Source: Candidatus Thorarchaeota archaeon
GTDB taxonomy: Archaea > Asgardarchaeota > Thorarchaeia > Thorarchaeales > Thorarchaeaceae
Assembly (NCBI GenBank): GCA_018238375.1
Contig: JABCTJ010000129.1
Span: 1-50,540, forward strand
Length of the DNA: 50,540 nt
Direction: 5' to 3'
Position numbers and translations under genes: made by a program. The notes below the pieces were generated by a model. That model had not been told where the DNA came from. It ran no database searches and saw only the letters and a program-made list of their open reading frames with translations. Positions 9,051 to 17,070 of the stretch are shown here, piece by piece (position 1 is the stretch's first letter; every line of letters starts with the position of its first letter).

Positions 9051-10178
9051 ATGGTGCAGCATGATTCCGAAGGAAAACCATTGGGCGAAGAAGATGGTTC
9101 GGAGGCTTCTCTAACGCGTAGACGCAAGATTGAACACATCGAAATCTGTCTGGATGAGGATGTTCAGTGCAGAGCGCCCAGTATGTTTGCTGACATCGAG
9201 TTCGTGCATAATGCATTGCCCGAAATTGACAAGGATAATATCGACCTCACAACCAACCTTCTGGGACTGAAGGCTTCGGCGCCGATTATTATCGCTGCAA
9301 TGACAGGCGGCCACCCACAAACTTTGGAGATCAACCGGCGGCTTGCTCAGGCAGCCGAGGAGTTGAAGATTCCTATCGGAGTTGGGAGTCAACGTGCAGC
9401 AATTGAGGATTCAATCTTAGCAAACACATTCAAGGTGGTCCGTGAAGAAGCGCCTTCTGTACCGGTCATCGCGAATATAGGCGCTACTCACGTGAAGGCA
9501 GCTCAAGAAGCCATCGAGATGATTGATGCAGACATTATTGCGATTCATCTTAATCCACTTCAAGAGGCCGTACAACCGGAAGGCGATTGCAACTCCATTG
9601 GAGTGCTCGGACACATCAGAGCCATCGTGGATTCTGTGGACATTCCGGTTATAGTAAAAGAAACTGGGGCTGGGATTTCTGGCGAAGTCGCTCGCAGTCT
9701 TGAGGAAGTAGGCGTTGATGCAGTGGATGTTGGAGGTGTGGGAGGAACAAGTTGGGCTGCTGTAGAGTACTTCAGAGCAGTGCGGGACGGCGATGAAGTT
9801 AAAATCCAATTGGGTACTGATTTCTGGGACTGGGGGATTCCTACGGCTTTGAGTGTCATCATGGTTGCTGATGCAACTGAACTTGATGTAATAGCGACAG
9901 GCGGAATTAGAACTGGGCTTGATGTTGCTAAAGCTTTGAGTTTCGGCGCTGTTGCCGCAGGAGTAGCTCACCCACTCTTGAAACCCGCAACTCGCGGGAC
10001 AGCTGCTGAGGTTATTAATGAGGTCGAAAAGATCATCGAGGGTCTAAGAGTCGCAATGTATCTCACCGGTTGTGAAGCCCTTGAAGACTTGACAACTAAA
10101 CCATTGCGAATTACTGGTGACCTTCTGAAGCACCTACGGGCTCTTGACATCAACTATTCGAAGTATACTCGAATGTAG
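9051..10178 (+). CDS. fni: isopentenyl-diphosphate delta-isomerase, type 2 (FMN-dependent)
   Basis: RRKIEHIEICL N-terminal motif, then IAAMTGG, GVGSQR, VKETGAGIS and DVGGVGGTSWAAVE, as in IDI-2 of the archaeal mevalonate pathway. Confidence 0.9.
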   Translation: MVQHDSEGKPLGEEDGSEASLTRRRKIEHIEICLDEDVQCRAPSMFADIEFVHNALPEIDKDNIDLTTNLLGLKASAPIIIAAMTGGHPQTLEINRRLAQAAEELKIPIGVGSQRAAIEDSILANTFKVVREEAPSVPVIANIGATHVKAAQEAIEMIDADIIAIHLNPLQEAVQPEGDCNSIGVLGHIRAIVDSVDIPVIVKETGAGISGEVARSLEEVGVDAVDVGGVGGTSWAAVEYFRAVRDGDEVKIQLGTDFWDWGIPTALSVIMVADATELDVIATGGIRTGLDVAKALSFGAVAAGVAHPLLKPATRGTAAEVINEVEKIIEGLRVAMYLTGCEALEDLTTKPLRITGDLLKHLRALDINYSKYTRM

Positions 10179-10198
10179 GGAACTCCGCTCATACGCTA

Positions 10199-11605
10199 TC
10201 AAAGCTTTCCTATTTGTTGAAGAAACTTGGAGCGAACACGAATTCCATTGAGCATCTGCACTGCTTCTTCTATTGTATCGCCTACAGGAATGCCATTGAG
10301 CTCGAAGCCTCTCAGGATTACTTCATACTTGTCCAAGTATGGAACATAAGCGACGACGCATTTGTTGAATTGCTTTGTAACATTCGCTACTCTCGCTCCA
10401 ATCTGAAGTGATATTCCTGGAGCGTACGGTAGGAGCAACAGCAATGCGGAATCTATGTAGTCCAAGCCGAGCATGATCCTAAGCACTTGTTCGTAGTCGA
10501 CATCAGCTGCACTTCCCGTAAGGTCAATCGGATTTCTGAATGAGGCAATCCCTCTGTACGCAGGGGTCATCACTTCCCTCATGGCTTCTTGGTCTTCATT
10601 GCTGAACGATGGGAATTCTAGGCCATAGAATGACGCCTCATCACTGGCAATAACGCCGTGACCACCGGATACGGTCATCACTCCAACTCGAGAGCCTTTC
10701 ATCAAGCGGGGATTAAATGAGAATACTTTGGCGTAAGCCATGGTTTCATCTTCATCGACAGCTTGGATTATTCCGTATTGCTTGAAAGCGGCAGCTGCTA
10801 TAACCGAGTTCCCGGCAAGGGCTGAAGTGTGACTTTGTGTCGCTCGATGTCCGGCTTCCGAGTCTCCTCCCTTCAGAACAATCACAGGTTTTCTTGGTGC
10901 GACTTCCGCGCAAGCTTCAACGAACTCTCGTCCCTCGTTGGGACCAAAACCTTCGATATAGGCCAGAATGACTCGCACGTTCTTATCTTTGCCAAAATGC
11001 TTGATGAAGTCGGTCACGTTCGTCTGAGCCGAGTTGCCGATGGAAATCGCTGCTGCGATTCCCAAATCGCGAGACGCAAACTCCTCAAGTCGTTCAACGA
11101 GCCATCCTCCACTCTGAGAGATAATTGCCACGTTTCCCCTCAATGGTCGAGCAACTCTTTCAGAAGGCAGGAAAAACGTATCAAGCTTGTCAGGCACAAA
11201 CACGCCAATACAATTTGGCCCTACCATCGTTATTTTGTGTTTTTTGGCGACATCGATAATTTCTTTTTGCAAACCTGCACCTGCGGGACCTATTTCACTG
11301 AAGCCTCCAGACACGACTATGGCGGAAGGGATCTTCTTGCTTCCACATTGTTCAAGTATTCCGGGTACATATTTGGACGGAACTGAGATGACGGCGAGGT
11401 CGATATCATCCGGAGCTTCCAGAATCGATTTGTAAACTTTCTGTCCTTCCACCGTTCCTCCTTTCGGGTTGATTGGGAACGTAGGGATGCCATTCTCAAA
11501 ACATAATTTCCGGAAGATGACGTTTCCGGGGGAGAATGGATTCGATGTGCTAACACCAACAACTGCTGTCGCTTTAGGACTAAGCATCTTCTCTAGACCA
11601 GACAT
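10199..11605 (-). CDS. ADP-forming acetyl-CoA synthetase alpha subunit / CoA-binding acyl-CoA synthetase
   Basis: 468 aa. It has an N-terminal CoA-binding Rossmann segment (PKATAVVGVS...INPKGG), ISQSGG and a phosphohistidine-loop-like QSHTSALAG, as in archaeal ACD alpha. An 80-nt upstream gap with an A/T-rich element suggests it has its own promoter. Confidence 0.85.
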   Translation of the reverse strand: MSGLEKMLSPKATAVVGVSTSNPFSPGNVIFRKLCFENGIPTFPINPKGGTVEGQKVYKSILEAPDDIDLAVISVPSKYVPGILEQCGSKKIPSAIVVSGGFSEIGPAGAGLQKEIIDVAKKHKITMVGPNCIGVFVPDKLDTFFLPSERVARPLRGNVAIISQSGGWLVERLEEFASRDLGIAAAISIGNSAQTNVTDFIKHFGKDKNVRVILAYIEGFGPNEGREFVEACAEVAPRKPVIVLKGGDSEAGHRATQSHTSALAGNSVIAAAAFKQYGIIQAVDEDETMAYAKVFSFNPRLMKGSRVGVMTVSGGHGVIASDEASFYGLEFPSFSNEDQEAMREVMTPAYRGIASFRNPIDLTGSAADVDYEQVLRIMLGLDYIDSALLLLLPYAPGISLQIGARVANVTKQFNKCVVAYVPYLDKYEVILRGFELNGIPVGDTIEEAVQMLNGIRVRSKFLQQIGKL

Positions 11606-11685
11606 TGTCTACCCTCTCTAGGCTTAAGTCCAAATGACATGTCTTGCTTATATCAGATATGTTCACGCTGGTGGATTCACAAGCT

Positions 11686-12750
11686 CTATGGTTTTATCTG
11701 GGCAAGTATCTCTCTGAATCTGGGTTCAGCAAGGAGCGCGTGTTGTAGTTTACAGAGCAGCTTTGTGGCCTCAGCGTAGATGACTTGTTTAGCTGGGTCG
11801 GTGGCCGTTTCTGCATCATGGAGGGTTTCCTCACACCGCTGATTGAACCGCTTTATGATTCGCTTCTCCAAATCAGGTCCACCCCAATCAAAACCATCGA
11901 ATATCATCTGTGCCTCTGAAACCTTGTCTGCAGGTTTGGGAGTTGCACCACTGAGGACACCTTCGAGTCCGGAGAAGTACTTTGATACTGCTCTCTCAAC
12001 GCGCTCGGTTTCCGAAGGGTCCAAGTAGATCTCAGCAGGTCGTTTCTTGGACAGATCTTGCAGAAGTCTTGCACCTGGAGCTTCAGTCAATAGAGTCTTC
12101 ACTATCTGAGATGCAATCTTTGCAGGTATTTCAATGATCTCGCTGGCGTAAGGTGAGTTTGATTTGTACTTGTGAAGGTCTCTTACAACCTCTAGCCAGA
12201 AAGTAGGCAATAGCACGTGGCATCGCTTGGAATACTGTTTAATTAGCCGTTGAGTTTTTCCTATCAAACCCCACTCGTCGTCCTCGACCTGCACCTTTCT
12301 GAAAGGTTCTGAAGGCGCTGGAGCTGTGCCCTCAACCAAGGGGACAACATTGGATGTTCCTGTAAAAGGAGTTGAACCCCCAGCAGACCTAGTACTGTCT
12401 TCAAGGAGCGATAATATCTCTTGAGTTGGACTTCCGCGGACCTCAGCTTTCTTTGCGATAACAGAGAGCTTCGGAAGGAGGCTCTCTATCTGAGAGAGTC
12501 TTTTCACTATCAAGCCCATGATGTTTGCGGTGGAAGAGGGTATGCCTTCTGAAGTGGTAGCATCCTCCATCCATTTCCGGGTTCTCTTTAACCCTTGAGT
12601 TAGTGAGTCCACCCTGTCCGGGTCTATGCTACCTTCAATCTGGGAACTCAACAGGAAGTGAATCAGTGTGGAATTCAGTGTGGCAATTAGGAGAAGCCTA
12701 TCAACCAATTCATCCATCGGAAACGGTTCGCTCAATAGGTCACCATCCAC
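11686..12750 (-). CDS. hypothetical alpha-helical protein, third gene of the FtsZ/tubulin-like operon
   Basis: 354-aa ORF. Its GTG start (12750-12748) directly abuts the TAA stop (12753-12751) of the upstream GTPase gene. It has two helical regions separated by a Ser/Thr/Pro/Gly-rich linker (about aa 120-160), no TM segment, and no family that I recognise. Confidence 0.7.
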   Translation of the reverse strand: MDGDLLSEPFPMDELVDRLLLIATLNSTLIHFLLSSQIEGSIDPDRVDSLTQGLKRTRKWMEDATTSEGIPSSTANIMGLIVKRLSQIESLLPKLSVIAKKAEVRGSPTQEILSLLEDSTRSAGGSTPFTGTSNVVPLVEGTAPAPSEPFRKVQVEDDEWGLIGKTQRLIKQYSKRCHVLLPTFWLEVVRDLHKYKSNSPYASEIIEIPAKIASQIVKTLLTEAPGARLLQDLSKKRPAEIYLDPSETERVERAVSKYFSGLEGVLSGATPKPADKVSEAQMIFDGFDWGGPDLEKRIIKRFNQRCEETLHDAETATDPAKQVIYAEATKLLCKLQHALLAEPRFREILAQIKP

Positions 12751-14145
12751 TTACTCGATTTGCGTGGCACTGTCTCCAGGAGTCATGTAGTAGCTGAACA
12801 GTTCTCTGAAATCAGCGATTGCACTGACGAGCTCCTTACGAGTCGTACCCTTCGACCTCATGAACCAGCTCTGTTTCAACGGGGATGGTCCACTGTGGAG
12901 ATTTACTAGCTGCGTGGCCTCGTTGATAATTTTAGTGAGTTCAGGTATCTTGGGCAAGCCTAAAAGCAGTAGTAGATCGGTGGGGGGGTCCTCGATGAAA
13001 TGCTGCACATAGCAAGGAGTTATGGCGGCCCCAGGTGCAATGAACTTGTTTAATGCATCCTTGAGATGCATGCCATACTCAGCTTTTGCAACGTGTTTTG
13101 GTCCTGTTAGAACGTAGTAGACACTCTCAGCATTTGGCTCTTCTCCAATGTCGGCATAAGAGCACTCTTTGACAGCATAGTCAATCATTGTCATTAACTG
13201 CTTGGGCATGCTTCCCGCATCAGGAATCAGGCCAATATCCTTGTATAGTGCTGGCACGACAACTGGGTCCAGCTTCCTGGCATAATCCGCAAGGTCCGTA
13301 GTTGGGAACACATCCTTGTTGGCCTCATATACGCCGGGTGAAAGCATTGCTTCAATCACATCGATGGCCAGAGGGTTCACAAGCTCCACGAAGGCCTGCT
13401 CGGTCCTTACATCTAGGTCTGCGGCTTCGTCCAAGGTAGAGGGCACCATCGTTTCTATTTGATTGATGTTGGCGATATCGACGTCCAGTTCCCTCTGAAG
13501 ATAGTCCACAGTATCAGCCTTTCTTGATTGGATAATTCGCTTTAACATTGTACGATTGCTCAGGAGAATAGTAAGGTCTGCTCCTCGCTCTTGTAGTTGC
13601 GCGCGAAGGAGTTTTGAAACCGCCCAGATGGAGTTCAGAGCTTCGCTAGATTGGCCTTCAAATGGAAGAACACCGATCACGTACACGAAGATGCGACGTC
13701 CTTCTTCTTCTTGGAACCTCTGCTTCAGAGCTTCGATGATGGCCGGTGTACCACCACATCCTGTACCCCCGCCAAGACTGGTGAATATGCAGAATCCTGA
13801 TACGCCTTCAAACCCGAGGTCCGCTAGCTGATTAAAGATGATGTCCTTTGACTCCAATACTGAGTTGTATCCATCCATGAATCTTCCACCGACGCCTATC
13901 TCACTAGCGCCGTATAGGAGCGTGTTCTCCTTTGGTACACCATACTTCGAGCGGACCTTGGTGATGTCTGCTCTGTCAGTATTTATGAGCATGTAGCCTC
14001 TGACTCTTGACGGTAGCCGCTTGTCTCGACTAGTCTTCAGATATGATCCAACAATATTAGAACCACATTCGCCAATTCCAATAGCGAATACTTCTGCGGC
14101 TCGTGTTTCATCAGATTCAGCGTCCTTTCCTGTAAATCTCTGCAT
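12751..14145 (-). CDS. divergent FtsZ/tubulin-superfamily GTPase
   Basis: 464 aa. Features seen are a G-box GIGECGSN (14056-14079), LINTD, the tubulin signature GGGTGCGG (13750-13773, verified by back-translation), VLPFEGQ (FtsZ T5-like), LLSNRTML (H7-region N) and a later acidic TTDLADY. AGGAG lies about 9 nt upstream of ATG 14145. Confidence 0.8.
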   Translation of the reverse strand: MQRFTGKDAESDETRAAEVFAIGIGECGSNIVGSYLKTSRDKRLPSRVRGYMLINTDRADITKVRSKYGVPKENTLLYGASEIGVGGRFMDGYNSVLESKDIIFNQLADLGFEGVSGFCIFTSLGGGTGCGGTPAIIEALKQRFQEEEGRRIFVYVIGVLPFEGQSSEALNSIWAVSKLLRAQLQERGADLTILLSNRTMLKRIIQSRKADTVDYLQRELDVDIANINQIETMVPSTLDEAADLDVRTEQAFVELVNPLAIDVIEAMLSPGVYEANKDVFPTTDLADYARKLDPVVVPALYKDIGLIPDAGSMPKQLMTMIDYAVKECSYADIGEEPNAESVYYVLTGPKHVAKAEYGMHLKDALNKFIAPGAAITPCYVQHFIEDPPTDLLLLLGLPKIPELTKIINEATQLVNLHSGPSPLKQSWFMRSKGTTRKELVSAIADFRELFSYYMTPGDSATQIE

Positions 14146-14163
14146 GGATTCTATCTCCTGAAG

Positions 14164-16860
14164 CTATCCTCGTTTCTCAACCATTGTTTCGGCGATTTCT
14201 TTCAACGCCCAGCCGAGATAGGAACTGATGTCCTCTCTGCTGTAGGTTTCTCTAATCTTCCGAGTTGCGTCATCAATGAATTTGTTGCGGTCATCTAGAG
14301 AAGCCGCTGGACTAAAGCCAGCCATAAACATCTTCATTGATTTATGCCATTCATTCATCTTGCTTGCTTTCTCAACCCAGCCCTCTCTTAACTCAGCTAC
14401 CTTGTTGAAATGTCTAATTGCGTCGTCAAGGGTTTCAGATTCTTCCAGCTTCTTTTCTGTTTCTTGAAGTTCTTTTAGAGGGTAAATTTTCTTACTGAAA
14501 TCATCGGGATGGCTTTCATACACACGTGTTATGGTCGAGTGATATTTGCTCCTTTTCTTGAGATTCTCCACGTGATTCTCTCCATCCTTCTGAGATATCC
14601 CCTTGACAATGGAGAGCATCTCATCCTGGATTGTTGCAAGAGTGAGACACACGGTAAGTGCCTCATTCACGTGTTGAGACTCCGCAGAGAGCTGTTCCGG
14701 AACCTTCTCCAGCAGCGTTTTCAGACGTTCCACGGTTTCTGGCATCCCTTGGTCTTCAAACAACGTGACCGCACTCTTGAGTTGCTCGTATGACTCGTTG
14801 GCTCTGTCCTTTATTTTGTCTTGGACTTTTGTTGAGGTTGTGAGAGCCCTAATCCTATCGAAGTACTCAGCGGCATCCTCTAGCTCCTGAGGGGGCTTGG
14901 AGATGATCTTGTCAAGAACTTTCAGTTCCTTAGTCAGGTCAACGCCAATCGCTTCAGCGCGCCCGAAGGATGTCTTTAGCTCCACCGTTTCCGTATTGAG
15001 GGCTTCAATAACCTTCGCGGTGATCTTGTGTTCATAGAGCTCGACCATTTTACGTGCAATGGCTGGGAGACTAAACACGGTGTCAGCCGCAATGCTCACA
15101 GAGTTGAGTTCACCAATCGCTTCTTGTGCTTCCTTTGGGATGTCCACTCCTGCGCCCATCAGCTTGGCTGCCGCAAGTCTAATCTTTACACCCAAGCGAT
15201 AGCGTAGGTTCTCCAAGGCGTCCTTTGCCTTAGCTAGAATGGCTTCCTTTGTGCTTCGCATCTCAGACCGGATCTCGCCAAATTCCTCCATAACACCAAT
15301 GCGATTCTTGGCTTCGTCGAGCTCGCTGATAATAGGCATGAAAATCTCTGCGTAAGCAGGTTTGATTGTTTGCAAGTCTGATATTATCGCATCTATCTCT
15401 TGGCCTGCAGCCTCTCGGAATGTGCCAACTCCACTCTCGACAGCTTTTCTAAGGTTCGCCAAGGATTCAAGGAGAAATACGGTTCCACCTTCCAGTTCCT
15501 CGACCTTTGGAGCTTTCTTACTCAGTTGCGCGTAGTCTAGGACCTTATCTGCTGATGTTGCTAGTTCGTTGAACCTGGTGATATACGACCGGATCTGTTC
15601 TGTGATGTTCTTGTTATATTCGTCCACCATTGATTTGGCTTTGAGATGAATCTTTATCATACCGTCAATCTCGGCCCGCTTCAACTCTTTCTTGGAGTCT
15701 GCAACAAACTTACGAACCGAAATGATGTCCTTGATTCCAGCATCATCAGGGAAGTCCGTTGCTTTTTCAACGTCATTGAGGGCATCAACAACTCTGTCAT
15801 TAATGGATATCTTGACCTGTCCGCTCCATTCCACCATTTTCTGATACGCGGAAAGAAGGCTCGCGATATTATCAGCTTCAGGAACGACATCAGGGGGTAG
15901 AGGAATAACATCTGCAGTAGTAGGAATCCCTCCTTCAGCAATTTTAGCTGTGACCTCATGCTTCATGTTTATGATTCTGTCACGAAGCATATTCGACATC
16001 TTCAACCTAGCGGCATCAAGTTGATTCTCAAGGCTGATGAGCGAGGTCAAGTTGTTTGCCTTGGATGAATCCCTGGCAATCACCCGAAGCTGCTTTGTGA
16101 AATCCATCGGAAGGTCCAATCCAAGACGTGAGGCAGTTTCAACTGAGGTCTGCAGTGACTCGACTTCTGTGATGAGTGAAACACTCAGCATCTTACTGAC
16201 CTCATCCTTGCGTCCATCAAGATAGGTTTCATCCGACTTCAATTTCTCCATAATGGGGATTAGGTCAGTCATGGGTAGGTTGGCGACTTCCTCGATGGAG
16301 GACGTTGTGGACACCTCTCCTCTGTCAATGGAAATGTGTCTTTCATAGGTCTCAAGAGTCCTCTTGTTTTCGTCAAGTTTTCCCTTGACTTCTCGCACGA
16401 AATCCTGATGAAGAGTAATATAATGCTGTGAGAACGTTTTCCCGTACTTGTACAACGTTTCGAAGTCATCCAAGTCTCCTGCACCTATTGACGGAAAACT
16501 CAATGAAGCCAGCGTCTTTGCTTCGGCGGGTTTGAAATACTGAATGCGTGGCAGCATTGCAGTGAAGTCTCTCTGCTCCTTTCGAAAGATCTCTGCAAAG
16601 TCTCGGACCACTCTCATGAAATCCTCTTTGATATTCTTAGACGCCTTTTCAATCTGGCCGGCAATCTTCCTCTTCTTCAGAACGCTCAACCCTGAGGTAT
16701 CAGAGAGGTCCTTGTCTAAGCCTGTGAGCTTCGCATACACATCATATAACTGACGCACCTGTCGGTCGGTCTGTTGTTCTGTGGATGGGTTGATTGATGC
16801 TAACATTCCTTTCATTTCAGAGAGTCTATCAAGTTCGCGCCGCCATACGTGACTATCCAT
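14164..16860 (-). CDS. 898-aa coiled-coil/all-helical protein, first gene of the FtsZ/tubulin-like operon
   Basis: Long uninterrupted ORF rich in K/E/L/I with heptad-like character and no TM segment or nucleotide-binding motif. GGAGG (complement of 16868-16872) lies 7 nt upstream of ATG 16860. A short motif G-[LV]-D-[LI]-[PT] recurs. Confidence 0.8.
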   Translation of the reverse strand: MDSHVWRRELDRLSEMKGMLASINPSTEQQTDRQVRQLYDVYAKLTGLDKDLSDTSGLSVLKKRKIAGQIEKASKNIKEDFMRVVRDFAEIFRKEQRDFTAMLPRIQYFKPAEAKTLASLSFPSIGAGDLDDFETLYKYGKTFSQHYITLHQDFVREVKGKLDENKRTLETYERHISIDRGEVSTTSSIEEVANLPMTDLIPIMEKLKSDETYLDGRKDEVSKMLSVSLITEVESLQTSVETASRLGLDLPMDFTKQLRVIARDSSKANNLTSLISLENQLDAARLKMSNMLRDRIINMKHEVTAKIAEGGIPTTADVIPLPPDVVPEADNIASLLSAYQKMVEWSGQVKISINDRVVDALNDVEKATDFPDDAGIKDIISVRKFVADSKKELKRAEIDGMIKIHLKAKSMVDEYNKNITEQIRSYITRFNELATSADKVLDYAQLSKKAPKVEELEGGTVFLLESLANLRKAVESGVGTFREAAGQEIDAIISDLQTIKPAYAEIFMPIISELDEAKNRIGVMEEFGEIRSEMRSTKEAILAKAKDALENLRYRLGVKIRLAAAKLMGAGVDIPKEAQEAIGELNSVSIAADTVFSLPAIARKMVELYEHKITAKVIEALNTETVELKTSFGRAEAIGVDLTKELKVLDKIISKPPQELEDAAEYFDRIRALTTSTKVQDKIKDRANESYEQLKSAVTLFEDQGMPETVERLKTLLEKVPEQLSAESQHVNEALTVCLTLATIQDEMLSIVKGISQKDGENHVENLKKRSKYHSTITRVYESHPDDFSKKIYPLKELQETEKKLEESETLDDAIRHFNKVAELREGWVEKASKMNEWHKSMKMFMAGFSPAASLDDRNKFIDDATRKIRETYSREDISSYLGWALKEIAETMVEKRG

Positions 16861-16903
16861 AAGCCTTCCTCCAGATGAAGCGTAGCTTCAAATCGGTTTG
16901 TCG

Positions 16904-16911
16904 TTTTAAAA
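16904..16911 (-). promoter_or_regulatory. putative TATA-like element (TTTTAAAA) upstream of the coiled-coil/FtsZ-like operon
   Basis: Palindromic A/T box 44-51 nt upstream of ATG 16860, in the 210-bp divergent intergenic region shared with the WD40 gene. Confidence 0.3.
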
Positions 16912-17070
16912 CTGTTCTGCGCTCAGGCCAATTGCCCCTATCTTGTTTATACACTAATCGTGTCTGTAGGTTTCTCAAAATCCGTTCGGCATTAACAGCC
17001 AAGCTAGAAACTGCCTTAAGTCATGCTACGAGAGCTAGAATTCAGCTCAAATACGAGAGAGGCCAATAAA

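Noticed and set aside
8926-9216. 96-aa minus ORF bridging the 8387-8926 gene and the start of fni.
   Set aside because: Its composition is His/Cys/Arg/Pro-rich and unnatural. It overlaps the well-supported fni 5' end and its promoter region, so it is probably spurious.
9417-10153. Several minus-strand ORFs (9417-9971, 9560-9862, 9968-10153) inside fni.
   Set aside because: They are antisense to a high-confidence IDI-2 gene and have Ser/Pro/Thr-rich low-complexity translations.
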